A DNA stretch of 64,000 nucleotides from Octopus vulgaris. Its lineage: Eukaryota. A model generated the notes under the pieces. The model made no database searches. It had not been told where the DNA came from and saw only the letters and a list, made by a program, of their open reading frames with translations. Positions 1 through 14,439 of the stretch are shown here, piece by piece (positions within the stretch are counted from its first letter, which is position 1; each line of letters opens with the position of its first letter). Position numbers and translations under genes: made by a program. Location of the stretch: the NCBI GenBank assembly GCA_951406725.2, contig OX597815.1, forward strand, positions 3,596,001 through 3,660,000, in the 5' to 3' direction.

Positions 1-274
1 TATGCTAGAAATAGACGTCAAACTCGCCATTTACCACGAAGAATGTGTTCTCAAGAAAAAATTCAGCAGAAAACCAAAGTGTAAAAATAAGCAAGACAAA
101 TGAAAATATACGAAATAAAAAATGATTACCTATGCGAGTTTGTCGTCTATTTCTAGCATACAGGCTGTCCACTATTAGTGGCCATTCCTCTAAATTTTGT
201 ATGTATAAAAATTTTTAATCTTCGGATTTAAAAAAAAATATGCTAGGCCACTGGTTTTAATTGATTAATATTCG

Positions 275-331
<57 letters not shown>

Positions 332-872
332 CAATGATTGATTGATTGAGTGATTTCGAAGTCTCGGCCAGCTAAGCTATCGCCGGACTGCGATGCATCA
401 GAGCTAATCTTACAGACTTGTTTACAAAGTTCTAAATGCATTAATAAATTATAAACAAAAATATATCCGCAAATTTAAATAATTAAAACTTTTCTAAAAC
501 CCCTTTCCCAAACAACTAACCATAAAAGAAAACCTAATTACAACTCAAACCCTCGCACTCAAAGATGGTTTTTTAAAACTCAGCAGCGACTGATTCTATA
601 TATCGCTGCCCGATGGTAGCTGAGCTAGCTGAAACATCGAAGTCACTGTCTACAACAATCTTGGTTAAGAAAAACAAATTTGTATTATACAAGAGTATAG
701 GATAACCCATGAGGATAATGTGAAATTGTTTAGATTTCAACTGAACATAATAACAAACATTAATGGGGGGGGAGACAGGAGGAGTGTGTTTGCGTGTGTA
801 TATTTGGCTCTGAATACTCACAAAAATACACTCGTAAAGAGACATACACAGACACGCACAAAACATTTACGT

Positions 873-900
<28 letters not shown>

Positions 901-903
<3 letters not shown>

Positions 904-1127
904 GAGTAAACACATAAATGTGAAACAAGGTGAAAAAAAGACTACTCAAATACCAGTGGTAGAGTAATATGCTTTATTTAAAGCAGCAGAAAATTCAACA
1001 AAACCTGTTACTCTGAGTTTCCCGTTGCCGTTCATCGGACAGTTTTTGAGTAAAAACTGTCCGATGAACGGCAACGGGAAACTCAGAGTAACAGGTTTTG
1101 TTGAATTTTCTGCTGCTTTAAATAAAG
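901..1127 (-). mobile_element. (TA)n-embedded Penelope-like terminus with perfect fold-back
   Basis: 76-bp perfect arms 972-1047 and 1052-1127, a unique tail 901-971, (TA)n on both sides; a related copy in opposite orientation at 30791-31010. Confidence 0.7.
1057..1094 (+). ncRNA. Minimal type-I hammerhead ribozyme-like motif (mirror copy on the - strand at 1005-1042)
   Basis: CUGU-CCGAUGA-a-CG(GCAA)CG-g-GAAAC-ucaga-GUA-ACAG: stem I CUGU/ACAG, GNRA-capped stem II. Confidence 0.65.
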
Positions 1128-1296
1128 TGTATATATATATATATATATTTAAATTTTAACTTTAATTTAAATATTTTAATTGGATTTTTATATTTTATAT
1201 TTTATATTTTTTATATATTTTTTAATTAATTTTTTTCTATGTATTGGCTTATGATTTTCACTGTTTGATTTGCCTAATAGTGGTTTTATCTCTAAT

Positions 1297-1365
<69 letters not shown>

Positions 1366-1528
1366 TGATTGATTGATTGATTGATTCTAGTTTCAGCTTA
1401 TGAGCTGTGGCCATGCTGGGGCACCGCCATTTGGTGTTGCTACTTGGTTTCACATATATATATATATAAAGTATCTGGTGGTATCTCGTAAATACCTTAA
1501 TTTATAATTATATATATATACACACACA

Positions 1529-2632
1529 CAGGGTTTGGACAAAATAATGGAAACACCAAGCATCACAGCATCATAATTTTGAAATATCTATAAAACCGTC
1601 AAAAGCTTGTTTATTTTTAAGTTTTTTTTAATTATTATTAGTGTTGTTTAATATGTTTTGATAAAATTGCTGTTTCTTTTCAGATATCATCAAAAGAAGG
1701 TAATTAAATTTCATTAAAATGACAGATCTACCGGACTTTCGAAGAGATCAAACTGTTGGTGCTCGTATGGCAGGCGCTAGCGTAACGAAAACAGCCGAAA
1801 TGTTTGGTGTGTCAAGAAGTACTGTCTCGAAAGTAATGACAGCCTTTCAGAAAGAAAGAAAAACCTCCTCGTCGAAACAAAACTCCGGAAGAAAACCAAA
1901 ACGTTCAGATAGGGACCGTCGGATTCTTACGCGAATCGTTAGAAAGAATCACAAAAGTACAGCTCTCAAAATTACTACAGAGCTTAATGACCACCTTGAG
2001 AACCCAGTTTCCACAAAAACTGTTCGCCGGGAGCTGCACAAAGCCAGATTTCACGGGAGAACTACAATCAGAAAACTACTACTTTCAAAAACAAATGTTG
2101 AAAAGCGTTTAGAGTGGAGTAAAGACCTACAAAATTGGTCCCTAAAGCAGTGGAAGAATGTTATTTTCTCGGACTAGTCATCCTTTACCCTATTTTCGAC
2201 CACCGGCCGAGTATACGTGTGGAGACAGCCAAAAGAAGCATTTGACCTACACTGCCTTCTTCCAACTGTTAAACATGGAGGAGGATCTGTGATGATCTGG
2301 AGAGGCTATATCTTGGAAATCCACTGACCCAATGGTTTCCCTTCATGGTAGAATTAATAGTCAAGACTATTTAAGCATTTCATCGGATGAAATTTACCCT
2401 ATGGTAGCGGAACTCTTTCTAGGGGGAATCGGTATCTTTCAGGATGATAATGCGCCAATTCACACAGCTAAAGTTGTTACTGAATGGCACGAAGAACATT
2501 CTAGTGAAGTTGAACATCTTATCTGGTCACCACAGTCCCCAGATCTCAATATTATTGAAAATTTATGGTGCATTTTAGAAAACAAGTAAGGTGTCGATAT
2601 CCTCCACCATCATCAATACAAGAACTGGAGAA
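1529..2632 (+). mobile_element. Tc1/mariner DNA transposon, 3'-truncated (left TIR plus decayed transposase)
   Basis: Starts CAGGGTTTGGACAAAATAATGGAAACACC (Tc1-like TIR), followed by the transposase; breaks off into (GT)n at about 2633; no right TIR seen. Confidence 0.9.
1719..2632 (+). pseudogene. Tc1-type transposase pseudogene (DD36E spacing)
   Basis: HTH N-terminus (GVSRSTVSKV, SGRKPK); WKNVIFSD* with a stop where E is expected (2175-2177); TVKHGGGSVMIW; frameshift near 2300; FQDDNAPIH...WSPQSPDLNIIENLW; another break near 2587. Confidence 0.92.
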
Positions 2633-2658
2633 TGTGTGTGTGTTTGTGTTTGTGCGTG

Positions 2659-2716
<58 letters not shown>

Positions 2717-3219
2717 GAAGGATATATTTGAAACGAAATACTTCATAGAAAAATATCTGAAAAGAGACGAGATGGTTACATCTGGAATGCGTTGACCACG
2801 ATACTTTTTTATCGTGACTTGCACAAGACTAAACAACAGCAGGAACATGTCGACCACAGCTTGTTAAGATTGTGTTGAGAGAGAGACAGATAGAGAGAGG
2901 AGAGAAAGAGAAAAGAGAGAGGAAGTAGAGAGAGTCAGAGATTGAGAGAGAGATCTAATGTTGTATACGAGCACTTTCCCATACTGATTTAATGAAAAAA
3001 ACTACCTCGTTTTGATGGAGATCTGTTGAGAGACTAACAGCATCCGAGGCTGCATTTGGCTGGAGAGGTAGCGAAACTACATAGGAAGTTTATGCCATAG
3101 CAGCAGTGGGGCGGTCTCGGTGAGGTTGGTATGAAAAGGGTTAAAAATGTCTGCCGTGTGAATAGATACTCAATTTGAACAAAAACAACAGAAAGAAATA
3201 GACTTAAACCATCTTTTAC

Positions 3220-3282
3220 CTCTCATGTTTTTCTGAACTTCCGGAATCCTCTTCGTTTAAGAGACTACTGAATCTCTCTGAT
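3220..3282 (-). CDS. Candidate 63-bp internal exon of an unidentified gene
   Basis: Long polypyrimidine tract + CAG acceptor, AG|GTAAAA donor, length a multiple of 3, only one open frame (SERFSSLLNEEDSGSSEKHE). No homology recognised. Confidence 0.4.
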
Positions 3283-3325
3283 CTGGGATTAAAAAAAAAG
3301 AAAAAGAAAGAAAATATATAATTAG

Positions 3326-3370
<45 letters not shown>

Positions 3371-3872
3371 CCATCACTCTCATCATTATCATTCTTATCG
3401 TTATTATTGTCGTTTTTGTTATTTTTATTTGGACGTGCATATTCACATACAACATAGCTACATTCATATATACATCCACACATTCACATTTACATGTATA
3501 TATATGCATATATGCATGTATACATATATACACATATATTCATACATATAAACACACAAATATACATATACATACATACATTACATGCATTGATGTGAAT
3601 ATATATTCTTACCTATATAATACATTCCTACATGTGTGTACATATATACATATATATACGCATATAAATTGATGTGTGTGTGTGTGTGTGTAAATAAATA
3701 GAAAATGGAGATATACAATTGACAATCCAAAGTTTAAATTTATTAGCATAATGCTATATTATATTCAATATATACCCATGTGATTTGTAAGGTTTCCTCT
3801 GCAAAATTGGTATTTAACAGGGGAGCCAGTGAAAGATTGGATGTTTTCATCCCTATTTTCAATAAATAAATA

Positions 3873-3946
<74 letters not shown>

Positions 3947-4310
3947 TATATCATATATCATATATATCGATGCGTGTATCTCTGAATCACCCACCACCGC
4001 TTGATAACCGTTGTCGGTGTGTTTACTCATATGTATGCTACTTTACGGTTCGGCAAAAGAGACTGACAGAATAACTACCAGGCTTCCAAAAGGAATGAAG
4101 TCCTGGGGTCAATTCGTCCGACTGAAATCTGTTCAAAGCGGTGCCCCATCATGGCCACAGTCAAATGACTGAAACAAATAAAAGAGGAAAGGGACCGCGA
4201 TCGACGCATCAAGAGAAATGGATGAGACCTAAGAATGAAATATAATTAATATACGACCGTCCTGAGATTGTTGTTGAGAGCTAAAACAAAAGCTGTTTTG
4301 TAGAAGTCAA

Positions 4311-4581
4311 TTCCCTAATTAACACCAGTATAGTAAAATAAATATATATGATATCACAGGTTTGTTGATGGAGTGCTCTAAATATACTTCCAAGTTTATA
4401 ACCGATATTGAAGAGATGGGAGAGTATGTGACCACTCTTCTGCAACAAAGTGCGGATGAACTTGGATTCTGAGACAGTGACGTAGCTATGGATCTTTGCG
4501 ATATCTGGGACAATAGATCACAAGAATTTTCTGGAAATCTAACGGGTTTATTTATTTTACCATGTTGGTGTTAACTGGGAA
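4311..4581. mobile_element. MITE or internally deleted DNA transposon
   Basis: Imperfect TIRs of about 33 bp: TTCCCTAATTAACACCAGTATAGTAAAATAAATA vs the reverse complement of 4549-4581. Confidence 0.55.
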
Positions 4582-4612
4582 ACTAACTAGTAGATAGATA
4601 GTAAAGACAGAC

Positions 4613-4771
<159 letters not shown>

Positions 4772-5051
4772 TGAGGAAAGTGATAATTGTTGACAACGAC
4801 GATGGCGATGATGAAGTTGTGGATGAGGACGTTTTATGGTCGACAACGACGACGACGACGACTTGGTAATTTAAAATCTCAAACCAAGCATCGAGAAATT
4901 AAAAACGATAAATCTCCCTATTTGAAAGATTTATTCTCTGATAAAACCTAAACAGTGAGGAAATGATCAATATTTCACAGAGTTTAATGTGAAAGAGAGA
5001 CGCTGTGTAAGCCATATTGTACTGTTGCACCTCTCTGACGAACGCACTGAC

Positions 5052-5145
5052 AGTTTCAAATTCCTCAATTTCTTGATATTTATGGCGTTCCTCGATTGTT
5101 GCTTTAGACGTTTCCATGTTTATGCAGCTTGGTTGTTTGATGTTT
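5052..5145 (-). CDS. Weak candidate exon
   Basis: AAACAG acceptor, one open frame (NIKQPSCINMETSKATIEERHKYQEIEEFET), possible GTCAGT donor. Confidence 0.22.
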
Positions 5146-5658
5146 CTGTTTTATATGAATAAACATACATACATGCACACAAGTATGTAGACATCAACAT
5201 ACGTACACATACACACACATTTATATAAACATATATATATATATATATATGCATACACATATACTTGCGTATGTTTAAATACACGTATGTGTCCGTTTGC
5301 ATATATATATATATATATATATATATACAAAGAGAGAGAGGGGGAGAGAGAGAGTAAGGGGGAGAGAGGGAGAAAGAGAGAGATGTATAATGTTTTGCGA
5401 GCGAAATACATACATGGGTGTGTGTGTGTGTGTCAGTGTGAGCGTTTTATGAAAGAAGACCCACCCCGCAAGTCTTTACGTGGTGGACAGGCCATTAAAC
5501 CAAAGTTAGTATTACTTTATTTCTGTCACTAAAACTTCATATGACATATATTGGTACTATAATATAATTTTTATTATCTAACACTTCACATAGAATTTCC
5601 TATTAACGAAAGTAATCACACACGCACACACACACACACACACACACACCTGTGTGCG

Positions 5659-5718
<60 letters not shown>

Positions 5719-5935
5719 GACAGATGCATAAGTGGATATATATATATAGACAGATAGATATATAGACAGATATAGATATATTTAAGTTTACATACGTGGC
5801 ATACATGCATGTGCTCATTCAGATATACATTCAATCATACATACATAAAAACGTACATGTATACAAAGATACACACACATATATGCATGCATATATATAT
5901 CTACATATATATATGTATACATAGAATATCTACAA

Positions 5936-5971
<36 letters not shown>

Positions 5972-5978
5972 ACACTAC

Positions 5979-6011
<33 letters not shown>

Positions 6012-6567
6012 CATATATATACATATATATATATCTACATATATATATGTATACAAACAAATACACATACATACATACATACATAATGCACGCATGCAAA
6101 CATAAATTATGTACGTCCTCCATTACTCCGTCAAATTCGTTGCTTAAAAGAAAGTTATTGTCTTAATGACGTTAGATTTACAGCTGCCATCGTCGTCATA
6201 GTGAACCTTCATGGAGTAACTAAAACGAAATCACAATTAACTTGAATACATAGCGAGCGAATTAGGGACAGCTCACGTGCTCTGTCGACTCCCTAGAAAT
6301 AATAGCTAAATGTCATCTAATCCTACCAGGCCGTATCAGAAAATGTAGTTCTAGACACGAAGCAATGAAGGATACGTTTGATAGCAAAATATTTAAATAC
6401 AAAAAGCAGACATATTTGAGAATATAGATCCAGATGAACTATATCTAAAAAGACAGGATGGTCGTGGTAGGAGTGTGTCTGGGCATAGGTATATTCATGA
6501 CTGAATGAAACGAGATAACAGTCCTCTGTACACCCTAAACAGAATTATATTTTCTGTTTTGCTTTAA

Positions 6568-6912
6568 GGCGGCGAGCTGGCAGAATCGTTAGCACGCCGG
6601 GCGAAATGCTTAGCGGTATTTCGTCTGCTATTACGTTCTCAGTTCAAATTCCGCCGCGGTCGACTTTGCCTTTCATCCTTTCGGGGTCGATAAATTAAGT
6701 ACCAGTTACACACTGGAGTCGATATAATCGACTTAATCCGTTTGTCTGTCCTTCTTTGTCCCTCTCTGTGGGCAATAAAGAAATATGTATTTCGTCTGTC
6801 TTTATGTTCTGAGTTCAAATTCCTCCGAGGTCGACTTTGCCTTTCATCCATTCGGGATCGATAAATTGAGTACCAGTTGCGTACTGGGGTCGGTCTATTT
6901 GACTGGTCTCCT
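6568..6912 (+). mobile_element. SINE family B with partial tandem duplication
   Basis: GGCGGCGAGCTGGCAGAATCGTTAG head, AGTTCAAATTCC B-box; body restarts at about 6787. Confidence 0.85.
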
Positions 6913-6934
6913 GTTCTTAGACTAGAAGAGCATC

Positions 6935-7492
<558 letters not shown>

Positions 7493-7494
7493 TA

Positions 7495-8093
7495 TATACA
7501 ATATGTTACATTACTCGGTAGTCAAGATAAAACTCTGAGTTTCAGATGCCGAAGTGGAAATCCACAACACCATCTCTTCGGTTATCTGGCTATTTGAAAA
7601 CGTTATGAAAAAATACCGTTAAATAAAGGGAAATTACTCTGTTATAACTCTGCTTGCCTGCGTACTTATACATCGCTCGCATTTTTCGTCATAAAAATTA
7701 TATAAAAATACATAAAAAATATATAAAAAAATATATACAAATTTATAAAAATATATAATTTATATAATTTATATATTTTCATATATTTTTATATATTTTT
7801 TATATATTTTTTATGTATTTTTATATAATTTTTATGACGAAAAATGCGAGCGATGTATAAGTACGCAGGCAAGCAGAGTTATAACAGAGTAATTTCCCTT
7901 TATTTAACGGTATTTTTTCATAACGTTTTCAAATAGACAGATAACCGAAGAGATGGTGTTGTGGATTTCACTTCGGCATCTGAAACTCAGAGTTTTATCT
8001 TGACTACAGAGTAATGGTAACATATTGTATAGATAAATTTCCTCTATTTACATAATATTGAGGTCTCTTTCTTTTGTTATCTTACCGTTTTAT

Positions 8094-8095
<2 letters not shown>
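7495..8095 (+). mobile_element. (TA)n-embedded fold-back element (about 240-bp arms) with a unique tail
   Basis: Arms 7495 to about 7735 and about 7791 to 8031 are near-perfect reverse complements; tail 8032-8095; (TA)n on both sides. Confidence 0.75.
7939..8000 (+). ncRNA. Hammerhead ribozyme-like motif
   Basis: AGAUAA-CCGAAGA-GAUG...CAUC-u-GAAAC-ucaga-GUU-UUAUCU: 6-bp stem I, 4-bp stem II base. Confidence 0.65.
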
Positions 8096-8141
<46 letters not shown>

Positions 8142-8650
8142 GTATATGTATATTAATATATATTAATACATAAAAGTATACGTGCTCGTGTCTGTGTGTC
8201 TGTGTGCATTTATATGTGTATATAATAATTATTATTTATGCTTATATTTATACATACATGTATATAAGTATTAATAGCATTTCGAACCAGCGCCTCGAGA
8301 TTTAGTTCCGTGCGCGTGGAACTTGTCCGTCTCATCAGATGCTAAAAACAGTTTCTACGCACAAAACGCTGAGTCGGATGGAGTTAAATCAAGCTCTCAA
8401 CAAAAGAAAGAAAAAAAAAGAAACAGATGTAAGTCCTGCCAAATGTGTTGAACGCTAGATTATATCATACATGCACACGCACACACATACACACACACAC
8501 ACATACATACGGACGCACCCACACACACACAGCTTACATGCTTCTCGATGGGTTTTGGCATTATACGAACGTTAAAACGAAGACCGTCTCTCTGAGACGA
8601 TGAATTAAAAATTCGACATGCTTAACCGTGCATGATATTATAACGCGTGT

Positions 8651-8685
<35 letters not shown>

Positions 8686-8739
8686 CCCCAGGCGATCATC
8701 TATATTATATATATATGTATATATATATATGTATATATA

Positions 8740-8940
<201 letters not shown>

Positions 8941-9179
8941 CATACATATATATATAACACACACACATATATATATATACATATATATACATGTATATAT
9001 ATATATATATATACATACATACATATATATATAGGGTCCTTTCAGTTTCCCTCTACCAAATCCACTCACAAAGCTTTGTTTGGCCTGAGTCTATAGAAGA
9101 AGACATTTGCCCAAGGTGTCATGCAGTGGGACTGAACCCGGAACCATTTGGTTGGAAGCAAATGTCTTACCACTTAGCA

Positions 9180-9214
<35 letters not shown>

Positions 9215-9238
9215 CGTACATCATATATGCGTGTATGG

Positions 9239-9287
<49 letters not shown>

Positions 9288-9807
9288 TGGGAGTGAGTGG
9301 AGAAAAATGGGGAGGTTGTGAGGAGGGTGTGGTTTATTTATGTAAGGCAAGTGTGATAAACAGAATCAATTCCTTGACATTTCTTAATCAAAGGTTTTAA
9401 GAAGTTCAACCACTTACCACCATTCTGCAGCTGCCGATCGGACACATACTCACACATACACACACATATATATATGGATATGTATATATACATACTTACA
9501 TGCATACATACATGCACATATACACACATATACATACATATGTTTATATAAATACACACATATATATATATACATATGTATATATGTGTGTGTGTGTATG
9601 TACATATACACACACATACACACACACACACATATATACAAATGTATATATACGCACATACATGCATAAATGCATACATATACATTCACACTTAATAAAC
9701 GCATAATACACAAACAAACACGCGCACGTAGATGGAATCGGTCAAAATTCTGTAAAAAGGTGACTAGGTTATTAAATCGTATTGGCTATTGATGGCATGT
9801 GTATTTA

Positions 9808-10293
<486 letters not shown>

Positions 10294-10304
10294 GAAACAT
10301 TTCG

Positions 10305-10346
<42 letters not shown>

Positions 10347-10378
10347 ATATACATACATACACACACAAACATACGCAA

Positions 10379-10414
<36 letters not shown>

Positions 10415-10809
10415 ATCCTATTAAACGGTGTAATTGTCATGACACATTTCCATTCATCTGGATAGAAACGATATATCTTAAAGGTAAAATGCAGACTATT
10501 TAAAGACATGGTGTTATCGCTAAAGCTTAACATCGAAATACATACAAAAGTCAACAATACATGTTGCAAAACAGAGATACGGAGATCAAAGCTGATTAAA
10601 GACCAGATCTTCTCTAATCTCTGTCGTCTGTGTTGTCCAAAAATATTAATCTACTGGACTTATCGTAGTTATTTCCCCTGAGTATTGGTTTTAAATCTTA
10701 GTGGGAGTTTTTTCTATTTATCGCTAGGATAACTCTGTTGGCTGTAGATTTTCACCTGAATTCGTAACGTTTGTAAAGCCTTATAATAATTAGTGAGTTT
10801 TATTTGTTT

Positions 10810-11475
<666 letters not shown>

Positions 11476-12204
11476 GGGAAAAAAACACTTTGTTCACATG
11501 TATAAAATATTATTGGAATATATTAACTGAGGAAATGCGTGGACTAGTGGATAGGTTGTTTCGCTCTCGATCACGCGGTCTTGGTTTCGACCCCTGGACT
11601 GGGCTCTGCGTTGTGTTCTTGAGCAAGGCTCTTTATTTCACGTTGGTCCAGTTCACTCATTTGTAAATTAGCAGCTCTACAATGAACTGTCGTCCTGCCC
11701 AGTGGGATGTTATGATTTCGGCCACTTTAGCGCCATGGGAACCGGGTAATAAACCCTTTGATGCCTAGGAGCAGATACAGTCCAGCTTTTTCTTTATTCA
11801 TTGGGTCTTCACTCGAATTTTGTATTCAATGGTAGAAAAGCCGTCTAGTGCAATATTTTTCAACGAATAATTTATTGTAATCACATAACTCCGACAGGAA
11901 TCGATTTTTCATCGAATACAATAATGTGGTCAATAAAAATATGTATTGCACCAAACGGCTTCCTGCTATTTCATTCAAACTTTCAATAGTATGGCGTTTT
12001 ATATAAACCTTTCACACTTAAAAATATACGTGTGTGTGTGTGTGTGTGTGAGGCGGGGGTGTGCATGAGTAACTATGTATCAAATATAGAGACATATAAG
12101 ATAAACAAAATATTATATTACGATGACATTCAATACTTACGTGTAGAATATAAAATAAAGTGAATGAACCTTTTATTCATGCGTGTATATATATATACAT
12201 ATAT

Positions 12205-12272
12205 ATATATATAATAACATAAATAGTATATAAACATATGCATAAATACATACATATATGTACATACCTGCA

Positions 12273-12305
<33 letters not shown>

Positions 12306-13060
12306 GCATATATGGGTACAGGACAAAAAAAAAAGTTGAACAGAATGAGAAACGAAAATATAAAAACAAAAACATGGAAACGAACTTTTTTCAAACAACG
12401 AAAAAACAGAGTACAAGATATACAACACAAGGAATATTCCCCTTCTTCGGTTGTCCCTGTTTCGTCTACTCCGCGGTCCGAAGGTAAGGACAAGACGCGA
12501 CTTCGTTGAAACAATCCTTCCCGCAAAGCAAATTATATAAAATTGGGGATTTTTTGCGGAGGGGTAAAAGTGGTAGCCAGAACAGGACAGTAAAAACAAT
12601 ACAAATGAAAACAGTAAAAGACAGGATAAGAGAATAACACAGTAAAAACAAACAATAAGGGTTGTTAAGCCAAGACGATGGAAAAATTATTTTGAACGCA
12701 TTAAGGAAACAGCTTATGAGAGGGACAGGATAAGCCGTCTTGTTACGGTGAATATAGCAGTTGGAAAGATGGCTTCCCTCTGGTCACGTGTCAGTGACGA
12801 GAGTGAGGAGGAGGAGGAGGAGGAAGAGGAGGAGGAGTAAGAGAGAGAGAACGATGAAAGGGAAAGGAGAAGAATAGGGAAGGGTGGGAGAGAAAACCAG
12901 AAAGGATGAAGAACAAGAGAGGGAGAGTGACAGACAGAGGAGGAATAGCAAAAGTTAAGAGTGCGCATCATAATTATCAAGATAAAACTTACTTGAAAAT
13001 AGATGCGTGGCGTTCGATCATATAATAACATAAATAATATATAAACATATGCATATACAC
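12205..13060 (-). mobile_element. TA-embedded dispersed repeat with a terminal direct repeat (Penelope-like)
   Basis: 12210-12244 repeats at 13022-13055; 12250-12495 is homologous to 30470-30712. Confidence 0.55.
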
Positions 13061-13110
13061 ACACACATATAATCTTATACATATATCATATATGTCTATT
13101 TATAATATAT

Positions 13111-13464
13111 ATTCTTTTATTCTTTTATTTGTTTCAGTCATTTGACTGCGGCCATGCTGGAGCACCGCCTTTAGTCGAACAAATCGATCCCAGGACTTAT
13201 TATTTGTAAGCCTAGTACTTATTCTATCGGTCTCTTTTACCGAATCGCTAATTTACAGTGACGTAAACACACCAGCATCAGCTGTTAAGCGATGTTGGGG
13301 GGGGGCAACTACACACACACATACACACATACACATATCTATATATATATACGGTGGGCTTCTTTTCAGTTTCCGTCTACCAAATCCACTTACAAGGCTT
13401 TGGTCGGTTCGAGGCTATAGTAGAAGATACTTGCCCGAGGTGCCACGCAGTGGGACTGAACCCG
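13111..13464 (-). mobile_element. SINE family A, 5'-truncated
   Basis: Family consensus blocks (CAGTCATTTGACTGCGGCCATGCTGGAGCACC...). Confidence 0.85.
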
Positions 13465-13597
13465 TATCTTCATTGCTTACGTACACACGGTGTGCGGGAC
13501 ATCATGCTCAGCCAAGGAAGAGGGCTTGTGCGCTGACATTTCCAGCAGGGAATCTGCCATTAACAAAATGCGTCATTTTCAAATGTGCGTGCATGTA

Positions 13598-13644
<47 letters not shown>

Positions 13645-13704
13645 GAATTTACAAAAAAACAAAAGACGAAGACGGGTGTGTAAACAACAAACAGATGTAT
13701 TGTG

Positions 13705-13744
<40 letters not shown>

Positions 13745-14067
13745 TTTTTTGTCTTTGCTGCCGTACACATCCGCCAGCCTCCTTACAAAGTGGTCTTTTT
13801 TTGTGGGGGGAACCAGACGGAACCATCTCAAGTGTAAATGCTCGAAATGGTCGTGACTTCTGCGACTTGACTGAGGAAAGAAAGCCAATAATGACCCTTC
13901 TTTTTTTTGCCTGTCCTTCTAATTGTTGTTTCTTTCTTGTTCGCCTTTGTGTCGTCTATCTGTCCGAATGTTTTAACGCCATCTATTGCGTTTAATCATA
14001 CATACATAAAAAATATATATATACATAAAAATATATACATATATATGTATATATATATATATACATA

Positions 14068-14237
<170 letters not shown>

Positions 14238-14354
14238 TTATACGGTTATATAGTAAACCCAAAAGAGAACGAAAAACAAACACTAAAAATCAACAACGTG
14301 AGCAAGTGGTACATGTAAAGTATTAGCAGACGCTCAGGGAAGGAAAGAAAGGTG

Positions 14355-14390
14355 GTTTTATGTTTCGAGCAAACGCTCTTCTTCAGAAAC
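14355..14390 (-). ncRNA. Hammerhead ribozyme-like motif with canonical core
   Basis: GUUU-CUGAAGA-a-GAGC(guuu)GCUC-GAAAC-AUA-AAAC, inside a TA-flanked element at about 14240-14435. Confidence 0.65.
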
Positions 14391-14439
14391 AGAAGACGGA
14401 GGGAAAAAATCACCAACGATTCACATGTGGTTACAATAG

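Noticed and set aside
1719-2589. Active transposase
   Set aside because: In-frame stop, frameshifts and a missing right TIR.
3125-3143. piggyBac-like end (AAAAGGG-TTAA)
   Set aside because: No matching opposite end found; too short to call.
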